A stretch of 64,000 nt of DNA from an uncultured Aequorivita sp. (GTDB lineage: Bacteria > Bacteroidota > Bacteroidia > Flavobacteriales > Flavobacteriaceae), in assembly GCA_937125455.1 (NCBI GenBank), contig CAKZLK010000012.1:50241-114240 (forward strand), read 5' to 3'. The first letter of the stretch is position 1, and each line of letters begins with the position of its first letter. The notes beneath the pieces are model-generated. The model searched no databases. It was given only the letters and a program-made list of their open reading frames with translations, and had not been told where the DNA came from. The position numbers were made by a program, and so were the translations under genes. Below are positions 1 to 8,977 of this stretch, piece after piece.

Positions 1-206
1 TAGGAAGTGATTTCCTGTCGCTGTTTTTTCAAAATCATCACTACATCTATCGCGCTGCAACCGCCCACGCCCATCAACAAAAGTTCCATCGGGCTTGCGC
101 CTTTTGAAGGTTCATCAGTTTTGTTGTCGATCAAAACTGGAACGCCGGAAGCGCCTTTTGCTTCAAAAAGATAGTTGTCGTTTATTCTGTTTAGTGAAAC
201 TTTCAT
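1..206 (-). CDS. OsmC/Ohr family protein, 3' end cut by window edge
   Basis: ATG at 204-206 (rc). Translation MKVSLNRINDNYLFEAKGASGVPVLIDNKTDEPSKGASPMELLLMGVGGCSAIDVVMILKKQRQ carries the SPMELLL..GGC..D pattern typical of OsmC-like proteins. Confidence 0.65.
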   Translation of the reverse strand, partial: MKVSLNRINDNYLFEAKGASGVPVLIDNKTDEPSKGASPMELLLMGVGGCSAIDVVMILKKQRQEITS

Positions 207-264
207 AGTTCTAAGTTTTTTAAAAATTTGCTGAAATAACCTTGGCTGATTTAATTTTGAAAAA

Positions 265-762
265 TTAATAGTTATTTGAGTGATAAGTAAGCTTGAGATT
301 TTCTTTATCAATTAAATATGTCGAAAAACAAGCCGGTGTTCCATTTTGGTCGAGATAAATTTTTCCTTCAATTTTCTTATCGCTTTTTTTGAATAAAAAC
401 TCCAAACCTTTTAATTTTTCACGCTCCATTAATAATAAAACTAAACGATTTTTAAATAAAAAAGCGCCTGAAATCATTAGATTATTCCAGTCAACTTCAA
501 CATCACCAATTATTCTAGTACTAGAAGTAAGAAATAATTTGTCTTGACCATTAAATTCCGCTACTCTAATAGAATAATCAATGGATGATTTTTCTAAATT
601 ATTCTCTTCATTACATTTGTCAAAAGCATAAAGTTCTTTGATCATTTTATATGATGGAGTGAATAAATGAGTTTCGAAGTCATAAGTTTTCTGATCATTT
701 TGTGAATACAAAACATTTGAAAAAAAGAAAATCGAAAAAATTAATAATACTATTTTTTGCAT
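265..762 (-). CDS. hypothetical secreted protein
   Basis: 165-aa ORF with an N-terminal hydrophobic signal-like segment (MQKIVLLIFSIFFFSNVLYSQ). No family recognised. Confidence 0.5.
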   Translation of the reverse strand: MQKIVLLIFSIFFFSNVLYSQNDQKTYDFETHLFTPSYKMIKELYAFDKCNEENNLEKSSIDYSIRVAEFNGQDKLFLTSSTRIIGDVEVDWNNLMISGAFLFKNRLVLLLMEREKLKGLEFLFKKSDKKIEGKIYLDQNGTPACFSTYLIDKENLKLTYHSNNY

Positions 763-837
763 TTGTTAAAATAATAAATTTTTAAATTAAAAACTTTTCT
801 GTCTTATGTCTTGCAGCGCAGCGGTCTTAAGTCTTTT

Positions 838-1980
838 TCAATCTTTATCGCTAATCCGCAAAATATCACCGAAAACGCCTCGAGCTGTAACTGCTGCTCC
901 CGCGCCAGCACCTTGGATAACAATTGGATTATCACCGTAACTTTCGGTATAAATTTCAAAAATTGAATCGCTTCCTTTAAGGGCGCCCAACATACTATTT
1001 TTGGGAACCGAAGTTAAATTCACGGTTAAAATTGCACCCGTTTCTTTTGACAGATCGCCGTGCAAATCTGCTACGTAACGAAAAACACAATCTTTTGTTT
1101 GGTTTTTCTTTTTGATTTGAAAAGGAACGTCCAATTCTTGCAAACGGTCTAAAAATTCTTCTTTTGAAACGTTCCGCAAATCTTTTGGAATTAAATTTTG
1201 AATTGAAATATCTTCAAACTCATTGTGCAAATCCAATTCACGGGCCAAGATAAGCAATTTCCGTCCAACGTCATTTCCGCAAAGATCTTCACGCGGGTCA
1301 GGCTCTGTAAATCCTTTGCCTATTGCCGATCTTAATACAGAACTGAAAGTTCTATCTTCTTCTGAAAAAGTATTGAAAATATAACTCAACGAACCCGAAA
1401 AAACGCCACGGATTCTCGTGATATTTTCTCCCGAAAGATGCAGAAGTTTTATGGTATCAATCAACGGTAATCCTGCCCCTACATTTGTTTCATATAAATA
1501 TTGACGCTTTTTTGAAGTCAGTTTTTCGCGAAGTTCTTTATAAAAATTCAAATCCAATGTATTGGCGATTTTGTTTGAAGAAACCAAATGGAACCCATTT
1601 TCAACAAAATTTGAGTAATTTTGAACAAAGTCAGAATCTGCGGTATTGTCAACCAAAATCAAGTTTTGGAGATTATTGGTTTTCGCGAAGGAAATAACTT
1701 CTTCGGGACTGTATGATTTTTCAGTTTCTATCTTTTCTTCCAACCAATTTTTGTCCAGTCCTTTTTGCCGGAGCAAAACGGTTTTTGAATTGGCGATTGC
1801 GAAAATGTTTAGCTCCAAATCACGTCGTCGGGAGATTTCTTCCTTCGAAGAAATTATTTGATCCACCAAATGGCGACCCACATTTCCGTGACCGAAAATG
1901 GCGATGTTTATCTTTTTCTTTTTAATCTTTTCCAGATTTATCAATTGTTCCAAAGGAATTTTTACTGTTGCTGCACTCAT
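838..1980 (-). CDS. hom: homoserine dehydrogenase
   Basis: 380 aa with an N-terminal Rossmann motif (IAIFGHGNVGRH) and a homoserine-dehydrogenase-like catalytic half. Lies second in an operon behind a SAM riboswitch. Confidence 0.85.
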   Translation of the reverse strand: MSAATVKIPLEQLINLEKIKKKKINIAIFGHGNVGRHLVDQIISSKEEISRRRDLELNIFAIANSKTVLLRQKGLDKNWLEEKIETEKSYSPEEVISFAKTNNLQNLILVDNTADSDFVQNYSNFVENGFHLVSSNKIANTLDLNFYKELREKLTSKKRQYLYETNVGAGLPLIDTIKLLHLSGENITRIRGVFSGSLSYIFNTFSEEDRTFSSVLRSAIGKGFTEPDPREDLCGNDVGRKLLILARELDLHNEFEDISIQNLIPKDLRNVSKEEFLDRLQELDVPFQIKKKNQTKDCVFRYVADLHGDLSKETGAILTVNLTSVPKNSMLGALKGSDSIFEIYTESYGDNPIVIQGAGAGAAVTARGVFGDILRISDKD

Positions 1981-1990
1981 CGTTTTCGTT

Positions 1991-3160
1991 TTAATAGGTT
2001 AGAATTTCTTTTGAATTTTCAATTGTTTTGAAGGCTTCGGAAAGATCGTTGATCAAATCCTCGGCGTCTTCAATTCCGCAGGAAAGGCGGATTAGCGAAT
2101 CGTTGATTCCAGCATTCAAACGTATCTCCCGAGGAATGGAAGCATGCGTCATTTGTGCAGGATGGCAAAGCAAACTTTTAACTCCGCCAAGACTTTCTGC
2201 CAACTTAAAATATTTAGTATTTGTTACAAACATTACCGCAGCTTCCTGGGTGTCGTTTTTCAAACTAAAAGAAACAATACCTCCAAACAGGCCGTCTTGT
2301 TGTCTTTTGGCGATTTCATGATTCTTATGGGGTTTTAAACCGGGATAATGCACTCTTGAAACACCTTCTTGGTTTTCCAGAAACAATGCTACTTTGAATG
2401 CATTTTCACATTGTTTTTTATAACGAATATCAAGGGTTTCAATACCGCGAATAGTCAAAAAACAATCCCAAGGACCTAAAATTCCACCTGAAGCATTTTG
2501 AATGAATTTTATTTTTTCTGAAAGTTCCGGTGTTTTTGTAACAACCAAACCAGCAACCAAATCGGAATGGCCACCGATGTATTTCGTTCCACTATGAATA
2601 ACTATATCAGCACCCAGTTCGATTGGCTTTTGCGCGATTGGGGAAGCGAAAGTATTATCAACAACCAATAGTGCATTTACACTTTTCGCTACTTTCGAAA
2701 TCGCTTCGATGTCGGAAATTTTCAAAGTTGGATTGGTTGGCGATTCAATCCAAATGAGCTTTGTTTTTTTGGAAACGGCGTTTGCTACGTTTTCAACTTC
2801 CGAAGCGTCAACGTAGTTTACCTTGATTCCCAGTTTTTCGTAAACATGGGTAAAAAGTCGATACGCTCCGCCGTAAATATCATCAACCGCGACGATTTCG
2901 TCACCAACTGAAAGAAGTTTCAAAACTGAATCAATAGCTGCCAAACCGGTTGCAAAGGCAAAGCCGGAATGGCCATTTTCAAGTTGGGCAACTACGTCTT
3001 CCAACACTTTGCGGGTTGGGTTGTTACTGCGGGCGTAATCAAAACCTTTGTTAACGCCCGGCGCTTCTTGGATAAAGGTTGATGTTTGGTAAACCGGGAC
3101 GGAAATAGCTCCCGTTAACGGATCACTTGGAATGGAATGGATAATTTTTGTTGCACTCAT
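1991..3160 (-). CDS. PLP-dependent trans-sulfuration enzyme (cystathionine gamma-synthase/beta-lyase family)
   Basis: 389 aa of the Cys/Met-metabolism PLP family, with the PLP-lysine context HSGTKYIGGHSD. Sits immediately downstream of a SAM-I riboswitch. Confidence 0.85.
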   Translation of the reverse strand: MSATKIIHSIPSDPLTGAISVPVYQTSTFIQEAPGVNKGFDYARSNNPTRKVLEDVVAQLENGHSGFAFATGLAAIDSVLKLLSVGDEIVAVDDIYGGAYRLFTHVYEKLGIKVNYVDASEVENVANAVSKKTKLIWIESPTNPTLKISDIEAISKVAKSVNALLVVDNTFASPIAQKPIELGADIVIHSGTKYIGGHSDLVAGLVVTKTPELSEKIKFIQNASGGILGPWDCFLTIRGIETLDIRYKKQCENAFKVALFLENQEGVSRVHYPGLKPHKNHEIAKRQQDGLFGGIVSFSLKNDTQEAAVMFVTNTKYFKLAESLGGVKSLLCHPAQMTHASIPREIRLNAGINDSLIRLSCGIEDAEDLINDLSEAFKTIENSKEILTY

Positions 3161-3191
3161 TTTTCTAATTTTTTTGAGTTAATAAATAGAT

Positions 3192-3405
3192 TAAACCAAA
3201 AGATCAATCCCGAACTGAATTCGGGACAATAGAAAAATGTTAAAAAGAATGAAAGCAATTTTTTCGGGAATGAAAAAATTGTCTTGTCGTTATCTATCGT
3301 CAATCCCGATAACTATCGGGATCGTTGTAGAATGTAGCACCTTCTTTCTGGAGAAAGGGTTGCTAAGGCGTCATAGGGTCTATTCCCTCGGCCTTTCTTG
3401 ATAAC
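3192..3405 (-). promoter_or_regulatory. SAM-I riboswitch (aptamer about 3289-3405) with terminator hairpin 3208-3226 and U-tract
   Basis: The minus strand reads GTTATCAAGAAAGGCCGAGGGAATAGACCCTATGACGCCTTAGCAACCC...AGAAGGTGCTACATTCTACAACGATCCCGATAGTTATCGGGATTGACGATAGATAAC. This contains the P1 TTATC/GATAA pairing, the GCAACC and GGTGCTA core strings and a P4 hairpin. Downstream is TCCCGAATTCAGTTCGGGA followed by a T-rich run. Confidence 0.8.
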
Positions 3406-3495
3406 ATTTCAATAAAGTTTTGAACTTTGTGAGCGCAAATATACCGTCAGAAAAATTTAAAAACCAAATATTTCCCCAAAAAACTTCAAATAAAA

Positions 3496-3524
3496 TTGCG
3501 GTTCATTTAATTTTTTTACTTTTG
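3496..3524 (+). promoter_or_regulatory. Bacteroidetes-type promoter for metK (TTG-N18-TACTTTTG)
   Basis: TTG at 3496-3498 and TACTTTTG at 3517-3524 match the -33 TTG / -7 TAnnTTTG consensus. The site is about 130 nt upstream of the metK ATG. Confidence 0.4.
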
Positions 3525-3540
3525 CCCAATACAAATTTAA

Positions 3541-3625
3541 GAGGAAAGATTTGACTGATTGCAACCTCAATAAAAAATGCTAAAGGCAGTGAAAACTTCC
3601 TCGTCGGCATTCGTCAAATCTTCTG
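3541..3625 (+). promoter_or_regulatory. structured metK leader, candidate SAM-responsive riboswitch (class uncertain)
   Basis: A 10-bp helix pairs AAGATTTGAC (3546-3555) with GTCAAATCTT (3613-3622). It encloses UUGCAACC and UGCUAAAGG strings. GAGGAA (3541-3546) is complementary to TTCCTC (3597-3602), a pseudoknot or alternative pairing. Confidence 0.4.
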
Positions 3626-3652
3626 AAAAATATAAATTTTTAAAACCATTTT

Positions 3653-4906
3653 ATGGCCTATTTATTTACTTCGGAAAGTGTTTCTGAAGGACACCCAGAC
3701 AAAGTTGCGGATCAAATTAGCGATGCGCTTTTAGACAACTTTTTAGCTTTCGACCCAGAGTCAAAGGTTGCTTGCGAAACCTTGGTTACCACCGGACAAG
3801 TTGTTTTGGCGGGTGAAGTTAAAAGCAATACGTATCTTGATGTACAAACTATTGCTCGCGATGTGATAAACAAAATTGGTTACACCAAAGGCGCTTATAA
3901 ATTTAGCGGAGATAGCTGCGGGGTTATCTCTTTAATCCACGAACAGTCGCAAGATATCAACCAAGGTGTGGATCGTGAAAACAAAGAGGAACAAGGCGCT
4001 GGTGACCAAGGGATGATGTTTGGCTACGCTACCAAAGAAACCGAAAACTATATGCCGTTGGCGTTGGATATTTCACATAAAATTTTGATTGAATTGGCTG
4101 CGCTTCGCCGTGAAGAAAACGAAATTAAATACTTGCGTCCCGATGCGAAAAGCCAAGTAACTATTGAATACAGCGACGATAATGTTCCTCAGAAAATTGT
4201 TGCATTTGTTGTATCCACACAGCACGATGACTTTGACGAAGACGAAAAAATGCTTGCAAAAATCAAAAAGGATATCACGGAAATTTTGATTCCGAGAGTG
4301 AAGAAATTACTTCCGGAATATGTTCAGAAACTATTCAATGATGATATTGTTTATCACATTAACCCAACTGGAAAATTTGTAATCGGCGGACCTCACGGTG
4401 ATACTGGATTAACTGGAAGAAAAATAATCGTTGACACTTACGGTGGAAAAGGGGCCCACGGTGGTGGCGCGTTCAGTGGAAAAGATCCGAGTAAAGTTGA
4501 CAGAAGTGCGGCCTATGCTTCACGACATATTGCGAAAAACCTTGTTGCCGCTGGAGTTGCAGATGAAGTTTTAGTGCAGGTTTCTTATGCAATTGGCGTT
4601 GTGGAACCAACTTCAATTTTGGTGAACACATACAATTCCAAAAACATAAAACTTTCAGATGGTGACATCGCTAAAAAGGTTTCAGAAATTTTCAATATGC
4701 GCCCAGCAGCTATTGAAAAAAGGTTGAAATTGAGAAACCCTATTTATTCTGAAACAGCTTCGTACGGACATATGGGAAGAAATCCCGAAGTGATTACCAA
4801 AACTTTTGAAAGTCCGTACAATGGACAAATTACAAAAGAAGTGGAGCTTTTCACTTGGGAAAAATTGGATTATGTTGATGCCGTGAAAAAAGCTTTCGGT
4901 CTATAA
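3653..4906 (+). CDS. metK: S-adenosylmethionine synthetase
   Basis: 417 aa with the hallmark motifs [30 protein letters not shown] and [19 protein letters not shown]. Confidence 0.97.
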   Translation: MAYLFTSESVSEGHPDKVADQISDALLDNFLAFDPESKVACETLVTTGQVVLAGEVKSNTYLDVQTIARDVINKIGYTKGAYKFSGDSCGVISLIHEQSQDINQGVDRENKEEQGAGDQGMMFGYATKETENYMPLALDISHKILIELAALRREENEIKYLRPDAKSQVTIEYSDDNVPQKIVAFVVSTQHDDFDEDEKMLAKIKKDITEILIPRVKKLLPEYVQKLFNDDIVYHINPTGKFVIGGPHGDTGLTGRKIIVDTYGGKGAHGGGAFSGKDPSKVDRSAAYASRHIAKNLVAAGVADEVLVQVSYAIGVVEPTSILVNTYNSKNIKLSDGDIAKKVSEIFNMRPAAIEKRLKLRNPIYSETASYGHMGRNPEVITKTFESPYNGQITKEVELFTWEKLDYVDAVKKAFGL

Positions 4907-4932
4907 AATACCGTTCCATTTAAAATGAAATT

Positions 4933-4966
4933 AAAAACCATCCTGAAATATCAGGATGGTTTTTTA
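4933..4966 (+). terminator. rho-independent terminator after metK
   Basis: Hairpin CCATCCTGA-AATA-TCAGGATGG (4938-4959) is followed by TTTTTT. Confidence 0.8.
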
Positions 4967-4987
4967 CTTTTAGGAAAATTTCCTCGT

Positions 4988-6628
4988 ATGAAAAATATCG
5001 CAATCCTTTTTGCTTTTGCTAGCATAGTAACCTTTCAGTCGTATTCGCAGGAAACGCTTTGGAAGCCACAGGATGAAACAGAAACCATTCAAAAACAACA
5101 AAACCATCCTATTGAAAGGATGCGATACAAATTGATTGCTTCTAAATATTTAGATAAAAATCAAGTTTTTCAACCCCTATATTCTGAAGTGCAGGCTTTT
5201 TCTGAAAAACGTTATGACGCATTGTTGCCGCTTATTTTGGATAAAGATATTCCAACTTTACAGAGCGAAATTTCCAAAGGCAAATTTTCTTATGAAGAAC
5301 TTACGCTGTTTTTCCTAAAACGTATTTACAAATATGAATTGGATCCGGAAAAGACGTTAAATACAATTATTGCACTGAATTCAAATGTACTAAAAGAAGC
5401 TCGCGAGTGCGACAAAAATAAAAGGTCAAAGAACAATCCAATCTTCGGAATGCCTATTCTTTTGAAGGACAATATTGACACAAAAGAAATGAAAACCACT
5501 GCGGGTGCTGCGGCGCTAATTGACAATACTCCTTCAGAAGATGCATTTATCGTTCAGCGATTGAAAGAAAACGGAGCTTTGATTATAGGAAAGGCAAACC
5601 TGAGTGAATGGGCTTATTTTTTCTGTAATGGCTGTCCGGTTGGCTACAGCGCGGTGGGCGGACAAACACTTAATCCATACGGTAGAATGATTTTTGAAAC
5701 CGGCGGAAGTAGTGCAGGCAGCGGAACGGGAGTAGCGGCAAACTACGCCGTGGCTGCAGTAGGAACCGAAACTGCTGGCTCCATTATATCGCCTTCCAGC
5801 CAAAACTCTTTGGTGGGGCTAAAACCTACTGTGGGCGTTTTGAGCCGTTCGGGGATTGTGCCAATTTCGCACACACTCGACACTCCGGGCCCAATGACCA
5901 AAAACGTGATTGACAATGCAATTTTGCTGGATGCGATGAAAGGCAAGGACATTGCTGATGCGGCTTCCATTACTGTATCTACAAATTATATTGAGGAAAT
6001 AAAAAATGCCACTCTAAAGGGGAAGCGCCTTGGCGTTATGAAGTCGTTACTCTCAGATTCTATGTATGCGGCTACAATAAAAAAACTTCAAAAAGAAGGT
6101 GCGATAATTGTTGAATATAGTGCCGAAGAAATTGACCTTCCCAGTTTTTTGACATTATTGAATCTTGATATGAAAGAAGACCTTCCAAAGTATTTAAAAA
6201 TGCACGATTCCGAAAATATAAAATTTAAAAATCTTGAGGAAATTATGACTTTCAACAAAAAAGACAGTTTAAAAAGAATGCCTTACAACCAAGGAATTTT
6301 TGATGGAATTATAGCTGACAGCACTTCCGCAGATGATTTTCTGAAAATTAAAGAAATGTTGAAAACAAACGGCGCGGAATTCTTTCAGAAACCGATGAAA
6401 GAACACAACCTTGACGCTATTTTATCCATAAACAATTATCACTCGGCCTATGCAGCGGTTGCTTTATATCCGTGCTTAACAATACCGATGGGCTATAATT
6501 CTTCTGGTGAACCGTTTGGACTTACGTTTATCGGAGCGCCTTTTCAAGAAGCAAAATTGCTACAATTGGCAAGTGCCTTCGAAATAAAAAACCCAGTTAG
6601 AAAAAGTCCTTCGGAATATAAAGAATAA
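4988..6628 (+). CDS. amidase (amidase-signature family), secreted
   Basis: Contains the GGSSAGSG signature region. I chose the ATG at 4988 (MKNIAILFAFASI signal-like) because the track start at 4925 lies inside the metK terminator. Confidence 0.85.
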   Translation: MKNIAILFAFASIVTFQSYSQETLWKPQDETETIQKQQNHPIERMRYKLIASKYLDKNQVFQPLYSEVQAFSEKRYDALLPLILDKDIPTLQSEISKGKFSYEELTLFFLKRIYKYELDPEKTLNTIIALNSNVLKEARECDKNKRSKNNPIFGMPILLKDNIDTKEMKTTAGAAALIDNTPSEDAFIVQRLKENGALIIGKANLSEWAYFFCNGCPVGYSAVGGQTLNPYGRMIFETGGSSAGSGTGVAANYAVAAVGTETAGSIISPSSQNSLVGLKPTVGVLSRSGIVPISHTLDTPGPMTKNVIDNAILLDAMKGKDIADAASITVSTNYIEEIKNATLKGKRLGVMKSLLSDSMYAATIKKLQKEGAIIVEYSAEEIDLPSFLTLLNLDMKEDLPKYLKMHDSENIKFKNLEEIMTFNKKDSLKRMPYNQGIFDGIIADSTSADDFLKIKEMLKTNGAEFFQKPMKEHNLDAILSINNYHSAYAAVALYPCLTIPMGYNSSGEPFGLTFIGAPFQEAKLLQLASAFEIKNPVRKSPSEYKE

Positions 6629-8179
6629 CTATTGGCCTCCTTTTCTTTCAGGAACCCTTGGCGTTGGCCAAGTTTCAGGCTCTCCGGTTTTATCATCGAC
6701 TGGCAAAATAACTTGCTCGCGAGAAGTTTTCGAATCATCTTCCGAAGCCATATAGGCTAAAATCGCGGTGAGAATTACATTGCTTTTTACATCGTCAAAA
6801 ACAATTTTATCATAGGTGTCGCGGTTGGTATGCCAAGTATAATTCCAATAATTCCAGCTTAAAGAACTTAAACTGAAAGCAGGAGCGCCGGCAGCCACAA
6901 ATGAAGCATTGTCTGAGCCACCACGCGCTGGCCCACCGGGAAAAGTGGTTTCAATATTTTTTCGAATTGTATCTGGCACTGCTCTTAACCATCGTGACAT
7001 ATAATCATAAGATTGCAGAAAGCCCGCACCGTTGATGCTAGTAACTCTTCCGGTTCCATTGTCTTGGTTAAAAACTGCTTGAATATTGCTTACAATTTCG
7101 GGATGATCAGCTACAAAGGAAGAAGACCCGTTCAGACCTTGTTCTTCACTTCCCCAATGCCCTACCAAAATAGTTCGCTTTGGATTTGGATAAACTTTTT
7201 TCAGAATCCGCATTGCTTCCATCATTACCAAAGTTCCTGTTCCATTATCGGTTGCGCCCGTTCCGCCGTCCCAAGAATCAAAATGGGCTGAAAGAATTAC
7301 ATATTCCTCAGGTTTTTCAGTTCCTTTTATTTCCGCAATTGTATTAAAAGTTGGCACGCTTCCCAAATCTTTCGATTCTGCAACCACGTGTATTTTTGGT
7401 TTGTCGCCGTGGTCTACCATTCTATAAAGCATCGTATAATCTTCCAATTCAAGATCTACTGTTGGAATTTTTTTGGTTCGGGCGCCAAATATTTTATTCA
7501 CTCCAAAACCTTTTGACCAATAAGAATCAACAATTCCAACTGCTCCAGCTTCTTCTAAAGCGGGAATGATACTTCTTCTGTCGTAACCGCTTCGTTTTAT
7601 ATTTTCGTTCCAAACTTTGGTCTGTTCATCCCTTTCTTTCTTCATTTTTTCAAAAGATTCGGGTGTAGCGAATTCTTTCCAATTATCATCCGGTCTTCCT
7701 GTGGGTTGTTTCATCGCAATCATCACGAATTTTCCTTTTACATTCGGCAACCATTTCTGAAATGAAATTGAATCATTTATTTCGGGAAGCACAATCAATT
7801 CAGCAGTTATTCCTTTTGAGGAAGTTCCAGGATTCCAAGCTAATTGGGTTCCATCCAAAGTCTGCACTCTGGGGGAAATCATGTCAATATGCGTAATACC
7901 ACGCTCCCAGCCTTTCCACTCGCCCCATTGTTGGTTTTCTGCAGCAATACCCCAAGTTTTATATTTTGCAACGGCCCAATCGTGTGCCTGTTGCATTTGG
8001 GGCGTTCCTACCAATCGCGGACCAATATCATCAAGTAATTCGTGACCCAGGATTTCAAGTTGTGAGTTTTCGTAAGCTTCTTTTTGAATATTTTCAATTA
8101 CAGGGTTTTTCTCCTGTGCAGACACTGAAAGTGAATAAAATAAAAGAAAAGAAAGTGTAAGGCAGAATAGTTTTTTCAT
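6629..8179 (-). CDS. M28 family aminopeptidase, secreted
   Basis: Metal-binding region SAHFDSWDGGTGATDNGTG. The ATG at 8177-8179 gives a signal peptide (MKKLFCLTLSFLLF). The upstream track start is a TTG. Confidence 0.8.
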   Translation of the reverse strand: MKKLFCLTLSFLLFYSLSVSAQEKNPVIENIQKEAYENSQLEILGHELLDDIGPRLVGTPQMQQAHDWAVAKYKTWGIAAENQQWGEWKGWERGITHIDMISPRVQTLDGTQLAWNPGTSSKGITAELIVLPEINDSISFQKWLPNVKGKFVMIAMKQPTGRPDDNWKEFATPESFEKMKKERDEQTKVWNENIKRSGYDRRSIIPALEEAGAVGIVDSYWSKGFGVNKIFGARTKKIPTVDLELEDYTMLYRMVDHGDKPKIHVVAESKDLGSVPTFNTIAEIKGTEKPEEYVILSAHFDSWDGGTGATDNGTGTLVMMEAMRILKKVYPNPKRTILVGHWGSEEQGLNGSSSFVADHPEIVSNIQAVFNQDNGTGRVTSINGAGFLQSYDYMSRWLRAVPDTIRKNIETTFPGGPARGGSDNASFVAAGAPAFSLSSLSWNYWNYTWHTNRDTYDKIVFDDVKSNVILTAILAYMASEDDSKTSREQVILPVDDKTGEPETWPTPRVPERKGGQ

Positions 8180-8253
8180 AGTGATAATGTAAACTTCCAA
8201 AGTTTTTTTTCAGAAATGAAACATAAAACTACAACTATTTTTAGAAAGGGAAT

Positions 8254-8901
8254 TTAAATAATATTGTGATTACGCGCTTTTTGAACTGCTTCAATCTTAC
8301 TGTGAACTTGTAATTTTTTGTAGATATTTTCAATGTGTTTTCTAACAGTACTCGGTGAAAGGAAAAGATGCTCTGCAATCACCGTATAGCTTAGTCCTTT
8401 GCTAAGTTGTTCCAAAACTTCAACTTCGCGAGTTGAAAGTGATATTTCTTCTTGGTCTCTTGGATTTTGAATATCGATTGGATTGCGGAGCAGTTTCAAA
8501 GTTTTCATTGCTATAGAAGGGTTCATCGCCGCACCACCATTTAAGGTTTCACAGATCCCATCGTATAAATCTTTCGGATTAATTTCTTTCAGCAAATAAC
8601 CGTCTGCCCCAGCTTTTATAGCGTTAAAAATATGCTCGTCGTTATCAAAAGCCGTGAGCATAATTATTTTAATGTGCGGATACTTCTGCTTTATTACTTG
8701 GGTAGTTTCAATACCATTGAGTACAGGCATTTCAATATCCATCAAAATTAAATCGAGATTGTGATTTTCTTGGAGTTTTATGAGCAGTTCGCTGCCATTT
8801 AAAGAAGTGTGCTTCACGGCGACATCATCAAAAAAAGAAAGTTTTTCCTTTATGGCGTGGATAAGGAAAGAATTGTCATCAACTATTGCAATCTTCAGCA
8901 T
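8254..8901 (-). CDS. LuxR/NarL-family response regulator
   Basis: 215 aa with a receiver domain (DDNSF..LILMDIEMP) and a C-terminal LuxR HTH (LSTREVEVLEQLSKGLSYTVIAEHLFLSPSTVRKHIENIYKKL). Confidence 0.9.
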   Translation of the reverse strand: MLKIAIVDDNSFLIHAIKEKLSFFDDVAVKHTSLNGSELLIKLQENHNLDLILMDIEMPVLNGIETTQVIKQKYPHIKIIMLTAFDNDEHIFNAIKAGADGYLLKEINPKDLYDGICETLNGGAAMNPSIAMKTLKLLRNPIDIQNPRDQEEISLSTREVEVLEQLSKGLSYTVIAEHLFLSPSTVRKHIENIYKKLQVHSKIEAVQKARNHNII

Positions 8902-8960
8902 CTTATTTTGGTTAGTAATTTAAAGATACTTAAAAATACAGTTTTAAAAACACAAGAAAA

Positions 8961-8977
8961 TAGGGCAATTGCCTTAT
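8961..8977 (-). promoter_or_regulatory. 17-bp near-palindromic motif copy 1 (TAGGGCAATTGCCTTAT)
   Basis: Lies 60-76 nt upstream of the regulator ATG and overlaps the kinase stop codon. One of four related copies in this window. Confidence 0.5.

Noticed and set aside
762-838. GTCTT-rich low-complexity stretch (TGTCTTATGTCTTGCAGCGCAGCGGTCTTAAGTCTTT) between hom and the downstream ORF
   Set aside because: It resembles the arm-type repeats, but there is no inverted partner or enclosed ORF. It is too short to call anything.
4925-4987. N-terminal extensions offered by the ORF track here and ending at 8200, 13136, 24053, 25457, 37442, 46301 and 58229
   Set aside because: Most begin at TTG or GTG codons and run through terminators, repeat arms or the 17-bp motif. 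Downstream ATGs give proper signal peptides or canonical N termini.
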